From: an uncultured Actinomycetota bacterium
Lineage (GTDB): Bacteria; Actinomycetota; Actinomycetes; Propionibacteriales; Nocardioidaceae
Assembly (NCBI GenBank): GCA_963782215.1
Contig: CAWAJE010000001.1
Location: 3,943-67,942 of the forward strand
Length of the DNA: 64,000 bases
Direction: 5' to 3'
Each line of letters starts with the position of its first letter. Within the stretch, counting starts at the first letter, position 1. Positions 11,556-20,425 of this stretch are shown one piece after another. Under the pieces are notes generated by a model, which saw only the letters and a list, made by a program, of their open reading frames with translations, did no database searches and was not told the origin of the DNA. A program made the translations under genes and the position numbers.

Positions 11556-14500
11556 ATGGCGTCGACGCGAGTGCGTCACCTGCGGGACCGCGCTAGAGGT
11601 CTGGTCTCGCGTGCGCGGCATCGGACTGCCGGACGGCCGGTCACCGTGAGCGTCGTGGTGACGGCACGGATGTCCCACGCCCCGTTCCTCGACGAGTGTC
11701 TCGACTCGCTGTTCACCCAGAGCTGGCCGCACGTGGATGTGATCGTGGCGCCGTACGGTCCCTCTCCGGATCCCGTCGTCCAGCTGGTGGAGGCGCGGAA
11801 GCGCGCGACCTTGGTCGAGGCCTCCGCAACCGTCGGTGCCGCCCGCAACCGGGGCGCCCGGGCTGCCACCGGAAACTACCTGGTGTTCGTGGCGGCTGGG
11901 GACATCGTCCCCCGCTCAGCCTTGGCCAGGATGTGCGAGAGCCTGGAGTCCTCAGGGTCGGACTTCGCCAGGGGTGAGGTCGTGGTCGGTCGGCCCCGTC
12001 CCGGCCAGGACCGATCTAGAGGGAGCGCTGCCCTGCCCCCGGTGACCGGCGCCTCCCTCGGCCAGGCCCCGGAGGTGATGGCGAGCAACTTCGTAGAAGG
12101 CACGACGTTCCGGCGCAGCTTCTGGTCCGGGTCGGAGCTCGCCTTCGCCGACAGCGATGGTCCCGCCCTCGACCTGGCCGTGGCGCGCTCACATCTTGTC
12201 GCATCCAGCTTCGATGTGCTGGCGGGCCCCACGTATCGCTACATGGATCGGGGCACCGGCCAGGTCATCGGCGCGGAGAAGGATGCCCTGGCGGACCTGG
12301 ACGAGTGGCTCGACACCTGGGACCAGATCACCGCCATGCTCGCGCAGTCCGATGAAGCGGTGCGTCACGCGTGGTTGACCGGACTGATGAGGTCGAGTCT
12401 TGTCAGGCTGCTGGCTGGTACCGAGCAGGCGGACGCCGTGCAGTGGGAGCGACTTCGGGCGACAGTGGTCGGCATGATCGGGCTCGGCGGGCCCGGTCTG
12501 CTGGCCATGGTGCCGGTGGTGCCACGGCTGCATGTCTGGCTCGCGGCTATGGGCCGACGCGACGATCTGGAGGATTTCGTCGCGGACCGTCGCCTGGAGA
12601 AGGACGACTTCTGCACCCGCGTCGAGAGTGGTGTGGTGTCCGCGGAGATGCCTCTTCGTCACGATCCGGACATGCCGAGCGACTTGTTCGAGCTGAGTCC
12701 CACCGAAACCCCGTTGTCCGCATCACTGCGCCGCCTGCGTTGGCGCTCGGATGACGTCGTCGAGCTGGACGTCTTCGCGGTGATCAGGCATCTCACGATG
12801 ACGGAGGCCCCCGAGGTCTCGGTCCGTCTTGCGGACCCCGTGTCGGGGCGCCGCTTAGACCTCGCTGTTCAGCAACGACAGGACCTGGAGGTCAACCGCT
12901 TCGCCGCGTTGCGGTGGCAGGACGTCAGTGCAGGGGCCTTCACGGTCGAGGTCGATGCGGTGAAGCTCGTGGAGATCCAGGTGCAGGAATGGGTCTTGGA
13001 GATCGAGCTGACCGCGTCTGGCGTGACGCGTTCCGGGGTGGTGGGTCACCGGTTGCATACCGGATCGGCTGGGCTGGCGGGACCTCGGTCGGTAGGGACT
13101 CGTGTGGTGTCGCTCCCGCCGGGACCTGGGCCGGTGACCGTTGCCGTGAGCCCTCCGCGCAGTCGGCTCCTCGCCGCCACGATCGAAGGTCGGACGATCG
13201 TGGGCAGCGTGCTGCTGGGGCCCAACCACGAGCACCGTTCAGGAGAAGTGCAGGTCTCGATCTCCCAGGGACGAGCCCAGGTGACGGCGACCCGGGTCGA
13301 GGCCGGCGCCAAGGGGGAGCTGCACTTCGAGGTGAGCGTCCCTGAGCGGCCCGAAGCGCGCATCCCCTTTCCGGAGCGTCACTGGGCGCTGAATCTGCTC
13401 ACCGAGGTAGGGCCTGAACCGGTGGCCTGGCTCGACTCCAGTGCGGCCGACTGGCGAGGGCAGGGTCCGACGAGTGTCGTCGCCCTCCACCGCACAAGCC
13501 GGGGCGACGCGGAGGTGTTGACCACCCAAGGGCTGGCCGAGATCGAGGGTGTCGAGCTCAGCCGTGATGCCTTGACCGTGCGCGGGTCCTGGGTCGGCAC
13601 TCCCGTTCGTGCTTGGACGCTCGCGCTGTCGAGCGATCGACTCACGGTGCGGGGCGAACCAGCGACTGGTGGGGAGGACGGGCGATTCGAGGTCCGCCTG
13701 CCGCTGACGTATGACGAATGGGGCCTCGACGAGGTGGGTCTGCCCCGCAGCACCTATCGGATCGTGATGAGAGCACACGGAGACCGAGCAGACGAGGAGG
13801 GCGAGGACCTGCCTCTGATGATCCATCCGGCGCTGGTGCAGGAGCTACCTGTCGACCAGTCCAACGACCGTTTCCGGGTCCGGATCGGACGTGGTGCGGC
13901 GGGTCGCCTGCTGATCTTCGTGCAGAAGCCCTACGCCGAGGACGAGTTGGGCCCCTTTGCCCAGCAGACGCTCCGCTCGGCCTATCGCGCGAGCATGCCT
14001 GTGCTCGACCCCGACGCGGTCTATTTGCAGTCCTACACCGGGGTCAGCGCGACCGACTCCCCCCTCGCGATCCATCACGAGCTGCGACGGACCCATCCCC
14101 ACCTGACGCTCTACTGGGGGGTGGCGGACAGTTCGACTACGGTTCCCGAGGGCGGCGTCCCTGTGATGACCTACACGCGCGAGTGGTACGAAGTCCTGGC
14201 CCGGGCTACGTATCTGGTGAACAACGTCGACTTTGACCGGTGGTTCGCCCGCAAGCCAGGCCAGAGGTTGCTCCAGACTTTCCACGGCTACCCGGCCAAG
14301 TCGATGGGCATCGGGATGTGGCGGTCGAAGAACTACGGACCACGACGGATCCGTGCCGAGCTCGACCGCACCTCGCGCCACTGGGACCTGATCTTGACCC
14401 CAACTCCTGAGATGGACGTGCACTACCGCACCGAGTACGCCTACGACGGCCCGATTCTCTCGCACGGTTACCCTCGTGACGATGTCCTGGTCGGGGACCG

Positions 14501-15104
14501 CGGCGCGAGCGCGCGACGCCGCACACGCGAGCTGCTCGGCATTGTCCGTCACCAGACGGTCGTTCTCTACGCACCCACATGGCGTGACGACCTCGCAACC
14601 TCCTACCGTTCCTCGCCTTTGGTGCGGCACCTCGACCTTTCGGCGTTGGGAGAGGCGCTCGGTGAAGACTTCGTGCTGCTGATGCGAGGGCATCGCTTCC
14701 ACGACGGACAACCACGTTCGGCGGGTGAAGCGCGGCTGATCGACGTGACGCACTACCCGGAGATCAACGACTTGATCCTGGCGGCCGACGTCGCAGTGCT
14801 CGACTACTCCTCGATCCGGTTCGACTTCGCGTTGACGGGGCGGCCGATGCTTTTCCTGGTCCCGGACATCGAGCGTTACGCGGGCGACGCACGGGGGTTC
14901 CTGTTCCCGTTCGAGGAGTCAGCTCCGGGTCCACTCGTCGCGACAGCAGACGAGCTGTTGGTCCACCTTCAAGACCTCGACCGGGTGCGCGAGAACCACC
15001 GGGCGGCGTACGAAGCGTTCAACGAGCGCTTCAACTACCTGCAGGACGGTCGGTCCGCGGAGCGGGTGGTCGCGACGTTCTTCGATCCTCCAACTGAACA
15101 GTGA
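11556..15104 (+). CDS. GT2-like/TagF-family CDP-polyol phosphotransferase (paralog of 7106..10198)
   Basis: N-terminal GT2 features (VSVVV, GAARNRG..ATGNYLVFV); C-terminal QTFHGYPAK, GYPRDD, YAPTWRDD, DYSSIRFDF. Confidence 0.92.
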   Translation: MASTRVRHLRDRARGLVSRARHRTAGRPVTVSVVVTARMSHAPFLDECLDSLFTQSWPHVDVIVAPYGPSPDPVVQLVEARKRATLVEASATVGAARNRGARAATGNYLVFVAAGDIVPRSALARMCESLESSGSDFARGEVVVGRPRPGQDRSRGSAALPPVTGASLGQAPEVMASNFVEGTTFRRSFWSGSELAFADSDGPALDLAVARSHLVASSFDVLAGPTYRYMDRGTGQVIGAEKDALADLDEWLDTWDQITAMLAQSDEAVRHAWLTGLMRSSLVRLLAGTEQADAVQWERLRATVVGMIGLGGPGLLAMVPVVPRLHVWLAAMGRRDDLEDFVADRRLEKDDFCTRVESGVVSAEMPLRHDPDMPSDLFELSPTETPLSASLRRLRWRSDDVVELDVFAVIRHLTMTEAPEVSVRLADPVSGRRLDLAVQQRQDLEVNRFAALRWQDVSAGAFTVEVDAVKLVEIQVQEWVLEIELTASGVTRSGVVGHRLHTGSAGLAGPRSVGTRVVSLPPGPGPVTVAVSPPRSRLLAATIEGRTIVGSVLLGPNHEHRSGEVQVSISQGRAQVTATRVEAGAKGELHFEVSVPERPEARIPFPERHWALNLLTEVGPEPVAWLDSSAADWRGQGPTSVVALHRTSRGDAEVLTTQGLAEIEGVELSRDALTVRGSWVGTPVRAWTLALSSDRLTVRGEPATGGEDGRFEVRLPLTYDEWGLDEVGLPRSTYRIVMRAHGDRADEEGEDLPLMIHPALVQELPVDQSNDRFRVRIGRGAAGRLLIFVQKPYAEDELGPFAQQTLRSAYRASMPVLDPDAVYLQSYTGVSATDSPLAIHHELRRTHPHLTLYWGVADSSTTVPEGGVPVMTYTREWYEVLARATYLVNNVDFDRWFARKPGQRLLQTFHGYPAKSMGIGMWRSKNYGPRRIRAELDRTSRHWDLILTPTPEMDVHYRTEYAYDGPILSHGYPRDDVLVGDRGASARRRTRELLGIVRHQTVVLYAPTWRDDLATSYRSSPLVRHLDLSALGEALGEDFVLLMRGHRFHDGQPRSAGEARLIDVTHYPEINDLILAADVAVLDYSSIRFDFALTGRPMLFLVPDIERYAGDARGFLFPFEESAPGPLVATADELLVHLQDLDRVRENHRAAYEAFNERFNYLQDGRSAERVVATFFDPPTEQ

Positions 15105-15105
15105 G

Positions 15106-15837
15106 TCACTCGGAGAACGGTTTGCGCGCCACCAGTACATAGTTCTTCGGCATCCCCGTGTTCGTGTGCTTGCGACGCACGTCCGCCCGTGCGAAGGGCG
15201 CCCGCAACCAGCCCGCCAACCACCGGGTCAGCAGGATCATGGGTGCGACGTAGACGACGCGCCAACCGAATCCCATTGCGCGCACCGAGGCCACATCTGG
15301 CGGTAGCCATCGGTACATCTGGTGGAACTGGTGCGACACCGTGCCGAGGTAACCCTCCAACCACGAGATCCGCAAGACCTCGAAGCCGGCCTCCTCGAAT
15401 ATCCGGCGGAGGGCGAACTGTGTGTACCGGTAGAAGTCGTACGGCTGCTGATGCTCCTCGTAGAACAGGGGTACCGAGCAGAACAGCCGCCCTCCCGCCT
15501 TCAGGACGCGATGCAACTCAGTGAGTGCAGTAGCGGGCTCTGGGAGGTGCTCCAGCACCTGGTTGAACAAGATCCGGTCGAAGCGCCCATCCTCGACAGG
15601 AATGTCGCTGAGGTCGCAGACGTAGTCAAGAGGTGCGTAGGCCGTACCTAGAGCGGCGAAATCGGCTGCCTCATAGTGGGCGTGATCGAAGAACGAACGG
15701 TAGGGGGATGTTCCTGCGCCAGCATCGAGGACGTAGGAGCCCGCTGAGGTGTTGCGTGCGAACCTTCTGACCGCCCGCTTGAGGTGCACGCGCGACGCGT
15801 TCAGGTACGGGGGCGCGTGCTGAAGACTCAAGGGCAT
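15106..15837 (-). CDS. class I SAM-dependent methyltransferase
   Basis: VLDAGAG, FDRILFNQVLEH, RVLKAGG, HQQPYDFYRYT; type common in surface-polysaccharide loci. Confidence 0.88.
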   Translation of the reverse strand: MPLSLQHAPPYLNASRVHLKRAVRRFARNTSAGSYVLDAGAGTSPYRSFFDHAHYEAADFAALGTAYAPLDYVCDLSDIPVEDGRFDRILFNQVLEHLPEPATALTELHRVLKAGGRLFCSVPLFYEEHQQPYDFYRYTQFALRRIFEEAGFEVLRISWLEGYLGTVSHQFHQMYRWLPPDVASVRAMGFGWRVVYVAPMILLTRWLAGWLRAPFARADVRRKHTNTGMPKNYVLVARKPFSE

Positions 15838-15858
15838 GCGGATTCCTTCGCGATCTGA

Positions 15859-17754
15859 CTATTTCCTGCTGACGACCAGGGCGTTGGTTGCCTCGTAGTT
15901 GAGCTCGTAGGTGGCTCGTTGCTCCGAGGGGCGGGTCAGGATCGTCTGCCAGGCGGTGTTGCTCCACACCACCCGGAGGCGCAGGTGGAACTCCGTTGAG
16001 CCGGCCCCCAAGCGGGCGAAGACATCAGCGGCGTCGACGCGGCCACGGACGTCGAAGCGGCGTCCGGTTCGACGGAACAGGACGGGGACCGAGGCGACCG
16101 CCCCGGTGGACTGGCACCACGCGTCGACGGTGACGGCGACCCCGTCCAGAGTGCGCTCCGGCCCACGCCCACGCAGATGCACGCCGGCCTCGATCTCGAC
16201 GAGGGGGGCCCCGCCGGCCTTCGACCTGCGGGCCAGTGGCTGCGCCTGTGGAGGGACCAGGCGTCGCGGCAGCCGTCCGGCACGGGCTCGACCGAGGCGC
16301 TTGACCTCGAGGTCCACGCCGTCGAGGTGTACCCGAGAGTTCTTGTTGGCGACGGCGGCCTGCAGTGCACGCCGCCAATCGGCGAGGAAGGCGCGGTAGT
16401 CGTGAGCCTGAGCCTTCTTTCGAGCCTTGATGCTCATGGAGGCCACGAGCTCCGGGTCGCGAATCAAGGTCACGACCCTGTCGGCGAAGGTCTGGAGATC
16501 CTGGGCCGGGGTCAGGAACCCGTCGACTCCGTCGGTGATCTGCTCTCTTGGCCCGTACTTGATGTCGTAGCTCACCACAGGACAGCCGCGGCTCATGCTC
16601 TCCAGGGAGGCGAGCGGGTAGCCCTCGAACAAGCTGGTCATCAAGAACCCGGTGGCGCTGAGCAGGTTGTCTCGAGCCTCCGGGCTGTGTCCGCACAGAG
16701 TCACAGCATGACCGACGCCCAGCTCGTCGATCAGGGCCTGCAGCGGAATTCTGAGGTTGCCGTCGCCGTAGATCTCCAGCACTGCCTCTGGTTCCTGCTC
16801 CAGGACCAACGCGAAGGCACGCACGGCGTGGTCGAGCTGCTTTTGGCGCTCGAGCCGGGAGACCACGGCGAAGCGAGCACGCGCACGGGGCGGCATCACG
16901 GTGGGCAGATCGGGGAGGTCGACTGGATTGGGTACGACGAACAAGTTGTTGGTCTCGCCGTAACGCTCGATCACGTCCTCGCGCTGACGGTGCGAGAGGG
17001 TCACCAGTCCGTCGATCTTGTCAATCCCCTCCAGGAGGGGCCGGTAGTCCTTCGACAATGGCGAGTCCCACCGGCGCTCGCCGACGGTGTGCGTGTTGTG
17101 CATCAGGTGCAAGATGTGGAAGCGCCTGTCTCGCATGGGCGCGATGTGGGCCAGCGCGAAGCGGCTGTCGCTGATCATGAAGACGCGTTCCGCGTCGCCT
17201 GCCAGGATTCGCAGCCACATCCGGTACCAGTGACCCTTGCGCTTCCACGACTGGACGGGACGCCCCTGGGGGTCGACGAGGACGTACGGCGTCGCTGGGG
17301 TCGAGTCTGCGCTGACCCCGGAGGGGGTTCGCATGAACACCGACCCATCGGGTCGGCGGTAGTCCGAGGCGGCCTCGACTCCCGAACGCCCGTGCAGGTA
17401 CGCCGTGCGATAGACGGTGCCGTCAGGGTGCAGCTCGTCGTGTGAGACGAACCCCTCCAGGGCGGGTAGTGGCGTTCCAAGTGGTGCAGCGTCAGGGACG
17501 TCGTTGTGGCGGAACCAGTCGAAGATGTTGAGCAGATCCATGCCCGGGACGAGTTGCCCCTGTCTCTGCAGTTCGGCTCTGACCTCGTCGTAGACGGGAT
17601 CCGGGTCGAGCGTCAGAAGAGTGGTCCTCACTCCTGCCCGCTCGGTGAGGATGCGGTTGCGCATCAGCAGCGCCCGAGTCTGCCCCCCGGTGCCGGCGCG
17701 CATCATGCCGCTGAGGGATAGGTAGAGGCCCGGCGGCATCTCGATCTCCGGCAT
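15859..17754 (-). CDS. GT4 retaining glycosyltransferase (TagE/TarM-like teichoic acid alpha-glycosyltransferase)
   Basis: GGQTRALLMR N-terminus, VSRLERQKQ, EGYPLASLE (EX7E), YDIKYGPREQI; ATG at 17754 preceded by TACAGT -10. Confidence 0.88.
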   Translation of the reverse strand: MPEIEMPPGLYLSLSGMMRAGTGGQTRALLMRNRILTERAGVRTTLLTLDPDPVYDEVRAELQRQGQLVPGMDLLNIFDWFRHNDVPDAAPLGTPLPALEGFVSHDELHPDGTVYRTAYLHGRSGVEAASDYRRPDGSVFMRTPSGVSADSTPATPYVLVDPQGRPVQSWKRKGHWYRMWLRILAGDAERVFMISDSRFALAHIAPMRDRRFHILHLMHNTHTVGERRWDSPLSKDYRPLLEGIDKIDGLVTLSHRQREDVIERYGETNNLFVVPNPVDLPDLPTVMPPRARARFAVVSRLERQKQLDHAVRAFALVLEQEPEAVLEIYGDGNLRIPLQALIDELGVGHAVTLCGHSPEARDNLLSATGFLMTSLFEGYPLASLESMSRGCPVVSYDIKYGPREQITDGVDGFLTPAQDLQTFADRVVTLIRDPELVASMSIKARKKAQAHDYRAFLADWRRALQAAVANKNSRVHLDGVDLEVKRLGRARAGRLPRRLVPPQAQPLARRSKAGGAPLVEIEAGVHLRGRGPERTLDGVAVTVDAWCQSTGAVASVPVLFRRTGRRFDVRGRVDAADVFARLGAGSTEFHLRLRVVWSNTAWQTILTRPSEQRATYELNYEATNALVVSRK

Positions 17755-17815
17755 GGCCGCTACTGTAGTGGTCGGCCTCGGGCATCGGGTGCCTCCCCGA
17801 ACCCCAGGAGTGTTG

Positions 17816-20404
17816 ATGTCGAGCCGTGGTCCCGGGTTCCAGCGTCGTCGTGTGACCCACGTGCTCAAGCAGGCAGCGCGTCGGGTGGCAGGCGCGTCGG
17901 CTGACCCCGATGACACCCGGACGGAGCGCAGGCTGCCAGCCCCCTCCGAGGGGGCGGTCCCGCCCGGTCCCGCCCCGATCCCGTTGCTCGAGACGCTGCG
18001 TCGTGGTGGATCGCTCCACGCCGCCATGACGAAACAGATCCGCGCCGATGTTGCGGGTGGTCGGAGCGAGGTGGCTCTTGCAGTGGCTGCGTCGTTGCGT
18101 GGTCGGTCCGAGACCGCCGACCTGGGCGCCCTGGTGTCCGGTGTGGTGGCTTTCCGGCGCGGTTATCCCGACCTCGCTTGGCACCACCTCGCCGAGCTTC
18201 CGATGGTGATCTGGTCGCAGCACGCGGCCGAGGAGTACGTCAGATCCGGTCTCCACGTCGACCCCGACGCCACTGTCACCGCAGTCCGTGACCTGCTGAC
18301 GGCGGCTCCCGACGAGCTCTCAGCCAGTTCCTGGTTCTCGATGATCGGCCCGTTCTTCGGGCACGGCGACCTGGAGCTGGCGGCCCATCTTTTCGCCAAG
18401 CTGGATCAGCTCGTAGGGGACGGTCGGGGCCTCGATCCGGCGCTAGCCGTGAATCGCGACTGGCTGCGTCCTTGGATCTCGCGCTCCCCGGAGCCGGTGT
18501 CCGCTCCGGCGGTGGCCCCCGACAAGGTCTCCTTCGCGATCATGGACTACGGGCATCCGGGGCGGGCGCGTGCCTCGGCCAACATCGGTGACCACGTCCA
18601 GAGCTTGGCCTCCCTGGGGCATTTGGTGCGGCACCAGGGGCTGGAGTTCTCCGGGCCTCAGGACCTCCTCGACCTCATCCACCAGCTCCGTGGCCGGGTA
18701 CGCGAGGACCGTCAGCTCACTGAGGTCACCGCCTCGGTCGAACTGTTGGCCGTGGACCGCGACGCCTCGGAGTTCTCGGCGATTCCTCCCGACACCTGGA
18801 CGCTGGCCTTCGGCTGGTTCATGCACGCGATCTTCGACATGCGCTACGGATTCCCGTTCCACCCCAACCTGCGCCCGATTTTCGTTTCCTTCCACTGCAG
18901 CAAGCGGGACCTGTTGACAGAGCAGGCGATCGACTACCTGCGCAAGCACGCGCCCATCGGCTGCCGTGACTGGACCACGGTCGACGTGCTGCTCTCGGTC
19001 GACGTTCCCGCCTTCTTCTCCGGGTGCATGACCACCACCGTCAGCACCGTGTTCCCGGACACCCCACACAAGCCCGGAGCGGCCGCGCAGGTCGCGTACG
19101 TCGACGTGCCCGACGACGAAGTGCCTGCCGGGGCGCCGACCTATCGTCACAGTGACGACGCCATCCGGTTCCGCAGCTTCGCTGCGAACATGTACGACGC
19201 GATAGAGCTGCTCGAGACCTACCGGCGCGAGCACTCCGGCTTGGTGACCAGCCGTCTGCACTGCTACCTGCCGGGCCGCTCCATCGGTGTGCCGGTCGAC
19301 TTCCAGCCCGGGAACCGGTCCGATCCGCGTTTCGCAGGTCTGATCGACATCACTGACAACGAGTTTGACCGGATGCGTGAGTCGATCACCAGCAAGCTGC
19401 GGACAGTCCTCTCAGTTGCCCTCGCGGGTCGACCACCCGAGGAGGTCTACGAGCTCTGGCGCGACCTCAACGCCGACGACGTCGCGGCGGCCCGGCGCCG
19501 CCATGACGCCCCTGCGCAGATGCCGGTGTCCAAGGTGGACCTCGCTGCCGAGGCGGCAGGTCAGCTCGCTAGTCGCGAGCTTGTGCAAGTAGGTCCTGAC
19601 GTCGTGCACGTGGTCGTGCACGCCCGAGGCCTCGACCAGAGGAACCTTGTGGTGATGCTGGCTTCGGTGGTTGCGCGCAGCTCGCGTCCTGTGGCGGCCT
19701 GGGTGCTGACTCGCAAGCCTGGGCGGATCGACCTGGAGGCCTTGCGTACGGCCGTACCAGGAATGGAGGCCGTGACCGTCCTCAGCACGCGCGGTCTGGG
19801 GTCCGACGTACGTCGCGCCGACGGCCGTCGACCTGCTCCGCGTGACCTCGACATGTTGGCGTTGAGTCACCTGCTGCCCGAGCTCGACCGCGTCGTGGTG
19901 CTTCCCGCAGCAGCCCTGGTGCTCGGAGACGTCGCCGCACTCGCCGACGTCGACCTCGCAGGCGGCCTGCTGGCCGCTACAACGTCGGTCGGGCAGAAGG
20001 GCTCCAGCGGCTTCGAGGTCCTGCACGCCGCGGGCAACCGTTTGGGGCCCCGCACCGCTGCCTCGACCGAGCTCCGACGGCAAGGGCACCAACGTCACCG
20101 GTTCGACTTCGATGCTCTCGACGACGCTGTGCTCGTGCTCGACCTGGCAGAGGCCCGGCGCCGTAGGTTGCTCGAGACCTACACGTCCTACATCGAGGAG
20201 TTCGGACTCAGTTTCCGGGAGATCCTGCTACTCGAGGTGGGGCCGAACCGCGTTGCCCTGCCCGAAGCGTGGCACGTGGTTCCTGACCGCTCGGCGGTCG
20301 AGGAGCCGAAGCTGATCCACTGGGCCGACTCGGGGAAGCCGTGGGCAGCCGATGTCGTGGGGTTCCAAGAGCTGTGGCAGCGGGCTGCCGCCGACGTCAG
20401 GTAG
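17816..20404 (+). CDS. multidomain polysaccharide pyruvyltransferase-like + GT8-like protein
   Basis: NIGDHVQS, IGCRD, SGC, TSRLHCYLP (pyruvyltransferase-type motifs); C-terminal LLPELDRVVVL..LGDVAAL and PKLIHWADSGKPW (GT8-like); AGGAG RBS before ATG 17816. Confidence 0.75.
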   Translation: MSSRGPGFQRRRVTHVLKQAARRVAGASADPDDTRTERRLPAPSEGAVPPGPAPIPLLETLRRGGSLHAAMTKQIRADVAGGRSEVALAVAASLRGRSETADLGALVSGVVAFRRGYPDLAWHHLAELPMVIWSQHAAEEYVRSGLHVDPDATVTAVRDLLTAAPDELSASSWFSMIGPFFGHGDLELAAHLFAKLDQLVGDGRGLDPALAVNRDWLRPWISRSPEPVSAPAVAPDKVSFAIMDYGHPGRARASANIGDHVQSLASLGHLVRHQGLEFSGPQDLLDLIHQLRGRVREDRQLTEVTASVELLAVDRDASEFSAIPPDTWTLAFGWFMHAIFDMRYGFPFHPNLRPIFVSFHCSKRDLLTEQAIDYLRKHAPIGCRDWTTVDVLLSVDVPAFFSGCMTTTVSTVFPDTPHKPGAAAQVAYVDVPDDEVPAGAPTYRHSDDAIRFRSFAANMYDAIELLETYRREHSGLVTSRLHCYLPGRSIGVPVDFQPGNRSDPRFAGLIDITDNEFDRMRESITSKLRTVLSVALAGRPPEEVYELWRDLNADDVAAARRRHDAPAQMPVSKVDLAAEAAGQLASRELVQVGPDVVHVVVHARGLDQRNLVVMLASVVARSSRPVAAWVLTRKPGRIDLEALRTAVPGMEAVTVLSTRGLGSDVRRADGRRPAPRDLDMLALSHLLPELDRVVVLPAAALVLGDVAALADVDLAGGLLAATTSVGQKGSSGFEVLHAAGNRLGPRTAASTELRRQGHQRHRFDFDALDDAVLVLDLAEARRRRLLETYTSYIEEFGLSFREILLLEVGPNRVALPEAWHVVPDRSAVEEPKLIHWADSGKPWAADVVGFQELWQRAAADVR

Positions 20405-20425
20405 GCCGCCCAGCTCGCCGACGTC

